Assembly: GCA_947631615.1 (NCBI GenBank)
Contig: CANRLX010000008.1
Location: forward strand, 1,384-65,383
Length of the DNA: 64,000 nucleotides
Direction: 5' to 3'
Source of the DNA: an uncultured Acetatifactor sp.
GTDB lineage: Bacteria > Bacillota > Clostridia > Lachnospirales > Lachnospiraceae
How positions within the stretch are numbered: position 1 is the first letter of the stretch; each line of letters begins with the position of its first letter. Below are positions 9,773 through 18,815 of the stretch, piece after piece. Made by a program: the position numbers and the translations under genes. The notes below the pieces were generated by a model that saw only the letters and a program-made list of their open reading frames with translations, ran no database searches and was not told where the DNA came from.

Positions 9773-10507
9773 TCAAAAACTTCCAAAAATTTCGTCCCTG
9801 GGCTCCGCCGTAAACTGTAGCGTGCGGCCTGTGACCGGATGGGAAAACGCGATCTCACAGGCGCACAGCGCCACGTTTTTCACACCGAGCTCCCCGCTCA
9901 GCAAAAGACTTCTCTCCTCCCCGTATTTCCGATCCCCCAAAAGCGGGTGCCCCGCGTGGGCCATCTGCGCGCGGATCTGGTGGAACCGTCCGGTGTCAAT
10001 GGAGATCTCCAAAAGGGAAATGCTCTCTTCGCAGGATCCCGCCGGCAAAGACCGCACCCCCAGCACGCGATAGCGAAGCACCGCCCGCCTGGCGCCCCGG
10101 GACAACGCCTCTTGTTCCGTTGTGACAACGGCCCGATTCTCTCTATTTTTATACAGGAAATCCACAAGCTCGCCCTCTTTTTGGGGGAGCTCTCCACACA
10201 CCACCGCGCGGTAGCGCTTGTGAAAGGAGCCTCCCCCCAGCTGGGCGGATAATTTCGCCGTGACCTCCCTGCTCTTGCCAAATACCAAAAGCCCTTCCAC
10301 CGGCTGATCCAGACGGTGCACCATGCCCAGGTAGGGCTCCCCTTCCCGGGTCTTTCCCGTCTTCCGCCGCCTGGCGGCCAGCCCCTTCTTCAGCTCGCTC
10401 GCCACATCCGCCTGGCCTACCCGGGCAGTCTCCGTCGCCAGTCCCGCCGGCTTGCGGCAGACGATCACATCCTCATCCTCATAGAGGATCTCCACACTTC
10501 TCTCCAT
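9773..10507 (-). CDS. RluA family pseudouridine synthase
   Basis: KPAGL, HRLDQPVEG, TGRFHQIR, HPLLGDRKYG. Confidence 0.92.
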   Translation of the reverse strand: MERSVEILYEDEDVIVCRKPAGLATETARVGQADVASELKKGLAARRRKTGKTREGEPYLGMVHRLDQPVEGLLVFGKSREVTAKLSAQLGGGSFHKRYRAVVCGELPQKEGELVDFLYKNRENRAVVTTEQEALSRGARRAVLRYRVLGVRSLPAGSCEESISLLEISIDTGRFHQIRAQMAHAGHPLLGDRKYGEERSLLLSGELGVKNVALCACEIAFSHPVTGRTLQFTAEPRDEIFGSF

Positions 10508-10521
10508 GCCTGCTCTCCGTA

Positions 10522-12081
10522 TCAAACCGATCCAAAATTTCTGAGTCCTCTGGGATAATGGTTTTTCATGGTTCCGCCCGCAAGCTTTCCCCAGCCGAGG
10601 CTGAAGCCGTCCACACAGATCAGATACCATCCCTTCTCCCCGTCCGCCGGAAAGGTTTCCCCGCACAGATACCTTCGGGCGGAGCCGTCCCGTGAAGACA
10701 GATCCCACACATGTGCGGCCTGGTCGGGGGCGAGCCAAAGCGCCAGCGCATGTGCCGGCTCAAACCGATTCTTTTTGAGGGTCCCCACCTGCAGGCCGGC
10801 CCGTAGCACCTTAAGCCCCCTGACCGCCGGCATCCCCTCCGGCACCCAGTAGAGCCGATCCCCAAATCGTTGCAAACGCCCCTCATCCAGAAGCATCGCT
10901 TCCGCCGCATCGGACAGCTCTGCCTTTACAAAAGCGATGAAATCTCCCAGCTCTCTCTCCGGAATTTTTCTATCCGCTCCCGCCGAAGCCGCCGGAGCGC
11001 AGCCCTCCGGCACGCCGCCGTCCTTCTCCAGCACCGCCGCAAAGTGCCCTTCCCCCGCCACGAACTGCGGCCACAGGCGAAGGGTGTCCTCTATGTGGGC
11101 CGCGGGCGCGTCCACCCATTCTCCGATGCCGTCTCCACCGGACAGCCTTCCCAAAAGGTCGCCGCCGGAAACATCCGCCGTCCCCGGCCGCCCCGCTTTC
11201 TCCCGAAGGGCCCGCTTCACCGATCCCGCGGGCAGAATACGAAACTCCGGATGGGCCGCGATAAAGCGGCTGACGCTGCCCTCGTTCTCCTGGGGGGCAA
11301 ACGTACAGGTAGAATACACCAATCTGCCTCCCGGCCGAAGCATACGCGCTGCACAGCTTAATATGGCGTCCTGCCTGTCCGCACAGAGCGCCACATTCTC
11401 CGGACTCCACTCGCCGCAGGCCTCCTCGTTTTTTCGGAACATCCCTTCGCCGGAACAGGGCGCGTCCACCAGGATCCGATCGAAATACTCCAAAAAGACA
11501 TCCGCCAGTCGTTCCGGCGTCTCGTTGACGACACAGGCGTTTCTCACTCCCATGCGCTCGATATTTTCCGACAGGATCTTCGCCCTCGCCGGATGGATCT
11601 CATTGCAGACTAAAATCCCCTGTCCCCGCAACGCCGCCGCGATTTGCGTGCTCTTTCCCCCCGGCGCGGCGCACAGATCCAAAATGCGTTCCCCCGGCTG
11701 CGCGTCCAGAAGTGCCGCCGGAGCCATCGCGCTGGGCTCCTGTATGTAATAAAGCCCCGCCTGATGGTAGGGGTGCCTGCCTGGCTGCAGCTCCTTTTCA
11801 TAATAGTAGCCGTCCTCCGCCCAGGGAACGGGGACGGGAGAAGACGGGGCCGCCTGCTTTTCCTGCCCCGCCATCGCCGCAAAGCAGTCCGCGGCCCGTT
11901 TTGTCCCTTTGACATACGTTCCCTCCGCCGACCGTTTGAGCGGATTGAAGCGCAGCGCCTGGCATTTCTCCCGCTCATAGCTCGCCAGAAAAGCATCGTA
12001 ATTTTCTCCCAGCATTTCCCTCATGCGCTTGCAAAAAAGCTCCGGCAGCATACCCGTCCCTCCGTTTTTTCTTCGTTTCAT
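10522..12081 (-). CDS. rsmF: RsmF/RsmB (NOL1/NOP2/Sun) rRNA m5C methyltransferase
   Basis: IQEPSAM, LDLCAAPGGKST, LVDAPCSGEG, VYSTCT and C-terminal KNHYPRGLR. Confidence 0.88.
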   Translation of the reverse strand: MKRRKNGGTGMLPELFCKRMREMLGENYDAFLASYEREKCQALRFNPLKRSAEGTYVKGTKRAADCFAAMAGQEKQAAPSSPVPVPWAEDGYYYEKELQPGRHPYHQAGLYYIQEPSAMAPAALLDAQPGERILDLCAAPGGKSTQIAAALRGQGILVCNEIHPARAKILSENIERMGVRNACVVNETPERLADVFLEYFDRILVDAPCSGEGMFRKNEEACGEWSPENVALCADRQDAILSCAARMLRPGGRLVYSTCTFAPQENEGSVSRFIAAHPEFRILPAGSVKRALREKAGRPGTADVSGGDLLGRLSGGDGIGEWVDAPAAHIEDTLRLWPQFVAGEGHFAAVLEKDGGVPEGCAPAASAGADRKIPERELGDFIAFVKAELSDAAEAMLLDEGRLQRFGDRLYWVPEGMPAVRGLKVLRAGLQVGTLKKNRFEPAHALALWLAPDQAAHVWDLSSRDGSARRYLCGETFPADGEKGWYLICVDGFSLGWGKLAGGTMKNHYPRGLRNFGSV

Positions 12082-12220
12082 TTATCCTATCATAAACCGT
12101 CCGCATTTTGAAGAGGCAGTTGCCTCATTGCCCCACTGCCGGCTTGCATTTCCCTCTGCCATCCCGTATAATCGTATCATCAACGAACAAAGAAGCAAAG
12201 CCGCTTCGGAATGGAGCCCT

Positions 12221-13384
12221 ATGATGTGGAATCGAAAAAAACTGGCACAACTTGTCCCCCTGTTCACCTGTCTGCTCGCCCTGTCCGGCTGCGCCAACGC
12301 CGCAAGGGAGCCGGCTCCTCCGGAAATTCCAGAAAACGCATCCTCCCATGAAACCGCCTCTGAGGTCGGGACGATGCCCTCCGGTCAGACACCATCCGCG
12401 GATCCGAGTGCCGATTCCCCCGAGAGCGCACCGACAGAGACTCCCTCTTCGGAAATAACCGACACTCCTGTCACTGTCCACGGCGCGCTTCACGTGGCAA
12501 ACGGACAGCTCGCCGATCAGAACGATCTGCCGGTTCAGCTCTGCGGTATGTCCACCCACGGCATCGCCTGGTATCCCCAATATGTAAATTATGACGCTTT
12601 TCAGACCTTGCGTGACGATTGGAATACCAGCTGTGTGCGCCTCGCTATGTACACCGCGGAATCCGGCGGCTACTGCACGGACGGGAACCGAGAAGAGCTG
12701 AAGGCTCTGGTGCAGGACGGCGTGGAGTGCGCCACGAGGCTTGGCATGTATGTGATCATCGACTGGCATATCTTGAGCGACCAGGATCCCAACGTATACC
12801 GGCAGGACGCCCTGGACTTTTTTGAGGAGATGTCCCGCCTATACGCCGATTATGACAACGTGCTCTACGAGATCTGCAACGAGCCCAACGGCTCCGCCAC
12901 CTGGGACAGCGTAAAATCCTACGCGGAGGAGGTGATCCCCGTGATCCGCCAAAATGACGGCGACGCGGTCATCCTGGTGGGATCCCCCACCTGGAGCCAG
13001 GATATCGACAAGGCCGCCGCGGATCCTCTGCCGTTTGACAACATCCTGTACACACTGCACTTTTATGCGGGCACACACCGGGACGATCTGCGAAACCGCC
13101 TGGAAACCTGCGTTCAGAGCGGCCTTCCCGTGTTCGTCAGTGAATTTGGCATGTGCGACGCGTCCGGAAACGGCGCCAACGATTTCGATTCCGCCGCAAA
13201 GTGGCTGGAGCTTCTGGACCGATACCACATCAGCTACCTGTGCTGGAACCTGGCAGACAAGGAGGAGAGCAGCAGCGTCCTCCTTCCCGGAAACGGGAAA
13301 GTCTCCGGCTGGACGGAGGAAGACCTAAGCGAAGCGGGCTCCTGGATTCGAGAGCGCTTCCGCTCCAGACCAAAAGCGGAATAG
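12221..13384 (+). CDS. GH5 endoglucanase lipoprotein
   Basis: Lipobox LALSGC, P/S/T/E linker, GMSTHG, IIDWH, EICNEP (acid/base) and FVSEFG (nucleophile). Confidence 0.9.
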   Translation: MMWNRKKLAQLVPLFTCLLALSGCANAAREPAPPEIPENASSHETASEVGTMPSGQTPSADPSADSPESAPTETPSSEITDTPVTVHGALHVANGQLADQNDLPVQLCGMSTHGIAWYPQYVNYDAFQTLRDDWNTSCVRLAMYTAESGGYCTDGNREELKALVQDGVECATRLGMYVIIDWHILSDQDPNVYRQDALDFFEEMSRLYADYDNVLYEICNEPNGSATWDSVKSYAEEVIPVIRQNDGDAVILVGSPTWSQDIDKAAADPLPFDNILYTLHFYAGTHRDDLRNRLETCVQSGLPVFVSEFGMCDASGNGANDFDSAAKWLELLDRYHISYLCWNLADKEESSSVLLPGNGKVSGWTEEDLSEAGSWIRERFRSRPKAE

Positions 13385-13396
13385 GAAATCTTCCCT

Positions 13397-14233
13397 TCAA
13401 TGGGCCTCTCCAAAAAGGCACTCCTTGAGCAGGCGGTACAGCTCCCGATCCGTCTGCCCGTTGATCCTGCGGACCTCCGCCTCCTGCCCTGCCGGAGCGT
13501 CCGGAAGCCCCCCGCAGATGTCCGCTCCCAGAACGGGGTTCTTCGCACAGATATCCGCCAGGATTTTCTTTAACAGAGGAAGCGTCATCTCCCCCTGATC
13601 CCAGTTGGTGCGGGCGTACTCCTGTGAGAGCACATCCTTGTCCACGGAGAGATAGACCGGCAGTCCGGTCTGTACCCGTGCCCGCCCCCGCAGAGACCGC
13701 AGAAACGCGTCCGTTCCTCCCTTCGGAGATGCGGATTGCTCCGCCTCCTCCAGTTCCTCCAACGCTTCCAGTTCTTCCCTGCTGACGCACAGGAGCTTTT
13801 CCCGATGTCCCACCCCCATCTCTTCGAGCTCTCGGATCGCCTCTCTCGGAGGGCCGATCAAAAGCAGCTCCCGAAGATTCGGATCCTCCTCCAGCACCTG
13901 CTTGGCCCATGCGCCGCAGCTTAACAGCTCCGGTATCAAAGCGGGTTTCATATCGCTGTGATTGTCAAAAACAAACAGCCGATAGGGCTCTCGGATCCGA
14001 CGGGTAAAGAGTCCGGTCAAATAGTGATAATTTCCGGAATCCAGAAAATGGATCCCCCTCAAAGGATAGCGCGAGATCCTCCTCTCAAGCTCCTCCTCCG
14101 CCTCTCTGGCGCAGTACATATCCGTCCCCTCGATATCGGAGCAGTCTATATATGACGCGTCTGTCATACTTTGGATCCACTCTCTGTCATAAGTGTGTGT
14201 AAAGTCCATGATGAGATCTGCGGTGCTCTGCAT
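13397..14233 (-). CDS. arginase/ureohydrolase-fold family protein
   Basis: FLDSGNYHY, FDNHSDM, LSCGAW, YLSVDKDVL. Start MQSTAD at 14233; the upstream K/H/R-rich extension is a repeat. Confidence 0.78.
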   Translation of the reverse strand: MQSTADLIMDFTHTYDREWIQSMTDASYIDCSDIEGTDMYCAREAEEELERRISRYPLRGIHFLDSGNYHYLTGLFTRRIREPYRLFVFDNHSDMKPALIPELLSCGAWAKQVLEEDPNLRELLLIGPPREAIRELEEMGVGHREKLLCVSREELEALEELEEAEQSASPKGGTDAFLRSLRGRARVQTGLPVYLSVDKDVLSQEYARTNWDQGEMTLPLLKKILADICAKNPVLGADICGGLPDAPAGQEAEVRRINGQTDRELYRLLKECLFGEAH

Positions 14234-14255
14234 TTTTTCGACCCTTTCGTCCTTT

Positions 14256-14318
14256 CTGTGTCTCCGGTGTTTCTTGTGTTTTCGGTGTCTCCTGTATTTC
14301 CTGTGTTTCCGGTGTTTC
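14256..14318. repeat. degenerate 9-bp tandem repeat x7 (CxGTGTxTC) in the 5' UTR of the arginase-family gene
   Basis: Read directly; it lies between a minus-strand TTGACC-18-TATAAT promoter (about 14328-14357) and the RBS. Confidence 0.75.
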
Positions 14319-14377
14319 TTTTCTTCTATTATAGCGGGTGGACGCAAACTCGGTCAACTGCGGACGTTTATTTTATG

Positions 14378-14406
14378 TTGACAAGCCGCACCTTGCCGCA
14401 TAAAGT
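14378..14406 (+). promoter_or_regulatory. sigma-A-like promoter upstream of the Rpn remnant
   Basis: TTGACA-17 nt-TAAAGT. Confidence 0.5.
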
Positions 14407-14449
14407 AATCTACAAGGAGAACCAGTCGCTAAAAGGGCTTGCCAAGCTG

Positions 14450-14863
14450 AAATATGATGTAATGAAAGGAAGTCAGCCGATCTATCCAGTAGAGCGATAT
14501 GTTGCGATCGGGGAAAATAAAGTATTGTTTGGTGACGGTTCGCATATCCTATATGTGAATGGCAAATACAGGGGCGATGATGAAGTCGGTAAGTTAATGC
14601 ACGATTTTTCATGCACCAACCCCGATGATATGAATTATGAAGCGCTTGCTAAGAAAGCAAGGTATTTCAAGCAGGACGAGAAAGGAGTGGCGGCTATGTG
14701 TAAAATTATGGAAGATATGAGGAATGAAAAAGAAAAAGAAGTTAGAATAGATAATGCGCTCCGCATGATTAAAGACGGAGAATTGCCATTAGAAAAAATA
14801 GCATTGTATTCTGGCTTATCAGTTGATGAAGTCAAGGAATTAGCAACACCAGTTATGGCATAG
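14450..14863 (+). pseudogene. C-terminal fragment of an Rpn / PD-(D/E)XK nuclease family 'transposase'; internal small ORF at 14696-14863
   Basis: PIYPVERY..DGSHILYVNG..GKLMHDFSCTNPDDMNYEALA..RYFK..EKGVAAMC..IALYSGLSVDEV matches the clostridial Rpn C-terminus. The N-terminal nuclease motifs are absent, and the region is AT-rich. Confidence 0.72.
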
Positions 14864-14893
14864 CAAGAAATTTAATAATCTTATAAACAGCCT

Positions 14894-14936
14894 AAAGGCG
14901 CATGGAACAGTAAATTGTAAACCATGCGCCTTTTTT
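14894..14936 (+). terminator. rho-independent terminator
   Basis: AAAGGCGCATGG...CCATGCGCCTTTTTT. Confidence 0.75.
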
Positions 14937-14954
14937 GCGTTCAAAAGGAGAAAC

Positions 14955-15107
14955 ATGAGCGACAACATTCAGACCAACATCGCAGGGCAGACAGACACCA
15001 GCGCCCACCTTGACGAATCGCAACAGGAGATGTGGAAAGGGAAGTATGGCAGCAAGCAACGCCACCATCAGAAAAAGCCAGTCTATGCCTTTGTATTTAT
15101 ATACTGA
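14955..15107 (+). CDS. 50-aa small ORF / gene remnant
   Basis: Strong RBS AAAGGAG before MSDNIQTNIAGQTDT...; no recognisable family. Confidence 0.3.
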   Translation: MSDNIQTNIAGQTDTSAHLDESQQEMWKGKYGSKQRHHQKKPVYAFVFIY

Positions 15108-15262
15108 AATCAAACCGGCCGCCATTTTCTGTGTCCTCATGGGTAATGGCGATGCCGATATTTCTATAATATAATTGTTGTCAATAGCCTTTGAAATTTT
15201 ATTGCTATTTTGCTTTTCTTTCGCTAAAATGATGGGAGAACCCTTTGGAAGGAGAGAACCTT

Positions 15263-15940
15263 ATGCGATTACTTCTGGCAGAGGACGAGCAGGAGCTGTC
15301 ACGGGCTTTAGTGACCGTCCTGAAGCACAACAATTATTCTGTGGATGCCGTCTACAACGGGCAGGATGCTCTCGATTATCTGGAGACCGGCATCTACGAC
15401 GGTGCCATCCTGGATATTATGATGCCCAGGATGGACGGACTCACTGTGCTGAAAAAAGTTCGGGCATCCGGAAGCTCCCTTCCCATTTTGCTGCTGACCG
15501 CCAAGGCGGAGATCGACGACAGAGTCAACGGGCTGGACAGCGGCGCGGACGATTACCTGACCAAGCCCTTTGCTATGAAGGAGCTTTTGGCGCGCATACG
15601 CGCTATGACCAGAAAATCGGGCGAGGCTGCGGACTCCTCCCTTCACTTTGGCAATATCACGCTGGACCGCTCCACCTACCAGCTCTCGGGGCCCTCGGAT
15701 TCCGTGCGGCTCTCCGGCAAGGAATTTCAAATGCTGGAAATGCTCCTTATCCATCCCGGCCAGGTGATCTCCGCGGAACAATTTATGGACAAGATCTGGG
15801 GTCTGGAGAGCGAGACCGAGACCAACGTGGTGTGGGTCTATCTCTCCTATCTGCGCAAAAAATTAGCCGCCCTGGACGCCAACGTCGCCATTCGGGCGAT
15901 CCGCGGCGTGGGCTATTCGGTGGAGGTGCAGGATGCTTAA
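15263..15940 (+). CDS. OmpR-family response regulator
   Basis: AEDE, LDIMMP, GADDYLTKPF and winged helix AIRGVGY. Confidence 0.93.
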   Translation: MRLLLAEDEQELSRALVTVLKHNNYSVDAVYNGQDALDYLETGIYDGAILDIMMPRMDGLTVLKKVRASGSSLPILLLTAKAEIDDRVNGLDSGADDYLTKPFAMKELLARIRAMTRKSGEAADSSLHFGNITLDRSTYQLSGPSDSVRLSGKEFQMLEMLLIHPGQVISAEQFMDKIWGLESETETNVVWVYLSYLRKKLAALDANVAIRAIRGVGYSVEVQDA

Positions 15941-17267
15941 AAAACTTCGCTATCAATTTATCGCTATCGCTATGTGCTCTATGGCGGCCGTGCTGTTTCT
16001 CCTGATCGGCGGCATCAACCTGGCCAACTATATCCAGGTCGACCGCACCGCCAGCCTGCGCCTGGATCTTCTGTCGGAAAACGGCGGACAGTTTCCCCGC
16101 TGGGATCTTAGAGAGCAAGCGCCGTTTTCGGAAGGGACGCCCCGCGATGGGGAAGAACCAATCGAGGGGGAGATGGCGCCGCCCTCTCCGGACACCCCCT
16201 TCCCAGGGGACAGACACCCGAATCGCTTCGCGGCAATGTCCGTGGAGACTCCCTTTGAGACCCGATTTTTTACGGTGGTTTTAAATTCTGAGGGCACGGT
16301 GATAACGGTGAACACCAGCCAGATCGCTGCCGTGTCCACCTCCGACGCAGTCGATTATGCCGTTTTACTCTGGGAAAACCAAAAAGAAGAGGGCTATCTC
16401 GACTTCTATAAATATCGCGCCGTTCCCGTCTCCGGCTCCTCCGGAGAGGAAAATGTGATGTATATTTTTCTGGACTGTCAGCGGGAGCTGACCTCCTTTC
16501 GCAGCTTTCTCGCGATCAGCGCAGCCGCCAGCCTGTTGGGTATGCTGCTGGTCTTTTTGCTGGTGATGTATTTTTCCAGGCGTCTGGTAAAGCCTGTGGC
16601 GGAGAGCTACGAGAAACAGAAGCGCTTCATCACGGACGCAAGTCATGAGCTGAAAACGCCCCTTACCATCATCGACGCCAACACGGAAGTGCTGGAGATG
16701 ACCTCCGGCGAAAATGAATGGACGGCAAGCATCCACAACCAGATCAAGCGTCTCACTTCCCTGACGCAAAAGCTGGTCTTTCTCTCCCGCATGGACGAGG
16801 GGAACGCGGAGACACTGAATATGACGGACTTCTCCTTGAGCGATGCGGTGGAGGAGACCGCGAGGCCCTTTGAGGCGGTTGCCGCCACACAGGGAAAGTC
16901 TCTTGTCTTAAACATTGCGCCGGACATCTCCTGCCACGGGGACGAGGCTTCCATCCGGCAGTTGATCTCCCTTCTTTTGGACAACGCCATAAAGTATTCC
17001 ACAGAACAGGGCCGGATCCGTCTGACGCTGCAGACAAACGGCAGAGGCCGCGTCCTGACTGTCTGGAATACGACGCAGGGCCTTACTGCGGGCAGCCAGG
17101 ATGTCTTATTCGACCGCTTCTATCGTCCGGACGCCTCCCGAAGCTCTGCCACAGGAGGATTTGGCATCGGGCTCTCGGTGGCCCAGGCGATCGTCCACGC
17201 CCACAGGGGAAAGATCTCTGCCAGGAGCGAAGACGGCAAATCCATCTTATTCACGGTGATTCTTTAA
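15933..17267 (+). CDS. sensor histidine kinase
   Basis: Two TM segments; DASHELKTP, LLDNAIKY, FDRFYR, GFGIGLS. Confidence 0.93.
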   Translation: MLKKLRYQFIAIAMCSMAAVLFLLIGGINLANYIQVDRTASLRLDLLSENGGQFPRWDLREQAPFSEGTPRDGEEPIEGEMAPPSPDTPFPGDRHPNRFAAMSVETPFETRFFTVVLNSEGTVITVNTSQIAAVSTSDAVDYAVLLWENQKEEGYLDFYKYRAVPVSGSSGEENVMYIFLDCQRELTSFRSFLAISAAASLLGMLLVFLLVMYFSRRLVKPVAESYEKQKRFITDASHELKTPLTIIDANTEVLEMTSGENEWTASIHNQIKRLTSLTQKLVFLSRMDEGNAETLNMTDFSLSDAVEETARPFEAVAATQGKSLVLNIAPDISCHGDEASIRQLISLLLDNAIKYSTEQGRIRLTLQTNGRGRVLTVWNTTQGLTAGSQDVLFDRFYRPDASRSSATGGFGIGLSVAQAIVHAHRGKISARSEDGKSILFTVIL

Positions 17268-17298
17268 AAAATCTTATCTTTCAAAAAATTTTTTCCAC

Positions 17299-17331
17299 TT
17301 TAAAGTTCCTTTAAGGTTCGCCTGCTAAACT
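17299..17331 (+). promoter_or_regulatory. OmpR-type tandem direct repeat plus extended -10
   Basis: TTTAAAGTTCC/TTTAAGGTTCG with 11-bp period, followed by TGcTAAACT, between the TCS and the VTC operon. Confidence 0.6.
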
Positions 17332-17358
17332 GTCCTTGTACGAAAGGAGAGGATAGTT

Positions 17359-18087
17359 ATGAGCGATCAGATGATCTTTAAACGCTACGAAATCAAATAT
17401 ATGCTCGACAGCGAGCAGCTAACGCGCGTTAAGGAGGGGATGGCGGAGCACATGATACCGGATGAGCACGGGAGAAGCGCCATCTGCAGCCTGTATTTTG
17501 ACACGCCGGACTTTCGCCTGATCCGACATTCGCTGGAGCACCCCATCTATAAGGAAAAGCTCCGGCTGCGCAGCTACGGTGTGGCGGACGATGCGAGTCA
17601 GGTGTTCGTGGAGCTGAAGAAAAAATACGATTCCGTGGTATACAAAAGGCGCGTGGGAATGACCTCCCGAAAGGCATGGGACTATCTCCTGAGAGAAAAG
17701 CACCCCATGAATACGCAGATCATTCGGGAGATCGATTACACCATAAGCCATTACTCCGGTATACAGCCGGCCGTGCTTCTCTCCTACGAGCGGGAAGCCT
17801 TCTATGCCAAAGACAACCACGAGTTTCGCGTCACCTTTGACCACAACATTCTCTGGCGTGATTATGACCTGACTCTGGACAGCGGCATCTACGGAGAGCC
17901 TCTTTTGCGAGAGGATCAGGTCCTGATGGAGATAAAGACAGCGGATGCCATTCCTCTGTGGTTTGTAAAGCTGCTCACAGAGAACCGCCTGTACAAGACC
18001 TCCTTTTCCAAGTACGGAAGCGCCTATGAAGCGATCTGTGAAAATCGCAGGCAGGAATGTGCCGAGCCCATTGATCTGGTCAGTTGA
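17359..18087 (+). CDS. VTC / polyphosphate polymerase domain protein (CYTH-like tunnel fold)
   Basis: RYEIKY, SLYFDT, KLRLRSY, FVELKKK, RVTFD, MEIK, FSKY. Confidence 0.88.
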   Translation: MSDQMIFKRYEIKYMLDSEQLTRVKEGMAEHMIPDEHGRSAICSLYFDTPDFRLIRHSLEHPIYKEKLRLRSYGVADDASQVFVELKKKYDSVVYKRRVGMTSRKAWDYLLREKHPMNTQIIREIDYTISHYSGIQPAVLLSYEREAFYAKDNHEFRVTFDHNILWRDYDLTLDSGIYGEPLLREDQVLMEIKTADAIPLWFVKLLTENRLYKTSFSKYGSAYEAICENRRQECAEPIDLVS

Positions 18088-18122
18088 CAACCATCTTAAA
18101 AAAATTTGGAGGATTTTTTATT

Positions 18123-18815
18123 ATGCAGACAATATTTGAGGGATTATTTGACAATAGTGTCACTTCTACTATCGAGATCGCAGACTTTTTATTGTGTATC
18201 GGGGTCTCTCTGCTCATCGGACTTTTCCTGTCCCTGGTGCACGGCTTCCGAAGCGCGGAGAGCAAAAGTTTCCTGGTGACTCTGGCGCTGCTCCCCGCCA
18301 TCGTGTGCGTGGTCATCATGATGGTAAACGGCAACGTGGGCGCAGGAGTCGCAGTGGCAGGCGCATTCAGCCTGGTGCGGTTCCGCTCCGCTCCCGGCAC
18401 CGCCAGGGAGATCAGCTCCATCTTTCTGGCTATGGGCGCGGGCCTGATCACCGGCATGGGATATCTGGGCTATGCCGTGCTGTTTTCCCTGATCCTGGGA
18501 TTTGTGATGCTCTTATTAAATGTGCTTGACTTCGGCGGCAGCAAAAACCACGCCCTTCAAAAGACATTGCACATCACGATTCCGGAGGATCTCAACTACA
18601 GCGAGGTGTTTGACGATCTCTTTGAGCGCTTTACCTCCCAGCATGAGATCCTCTCCGTGAAAACCACCAACATGGGAAGCCTCTACAAGCTGCACTACAA
18701 CGTTACCCTGAAAAGCAGCTCTGTGGAAAAGGAGTTTATCGACGAGCTCCGCTGCCGAAACGGCAACCTGGAAATCAATATGGCCAAACAGGGGGTGAAC
18801 GGATATGAATTATAA
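18123..18815 (+). CDS. DUF4956 membrane protein
   Basis: GNVGAGVAVAGAFSLVRFRS motif and C-terminal DELRCRNGNLEI. Confidence 0.85.
   Translation: MQTIFEGLFDNSVTSTIEIADFLLCIGVSLLIGLFLSLVHGFRSAESKSFLVTLALLPAIVCVVIMMVNGNVGAGVAVAGAFSLVRFRSAPGTAREISSIFLAMGAGLITGMGYLGYAVLFSLILGFVMLLLNVLDFGGSKNHALQKTLHITIPEDLNYSEVFDDLFERFTSQHEILSVKTTNMGSLYKLHYNVTLKSSSVEKEFIDELRCRNGNLEINMAKQGVNGYEL

Noticed and set aside
14234-14347. K/H/R-rich N-terminal extension of the arginase-family ORF
   Set aside because: It is the translation of a 9-bp UTR repeat. The upstream start lies within the predicted promoter, and a better RBS precedes ATG 14233.
14171-14863. Intact 230-aa transposase / active mobile element
   Set aside because: The first ~95 codons are antisense arginase/UTR sequence, the catalytic domain is missing, and there are no terminal repeats.
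14892-15140. 82-aa minus-strand ORF
   Set aside because: It has no clear RBS, crosses the terminator hairpin and has no recognisable features.
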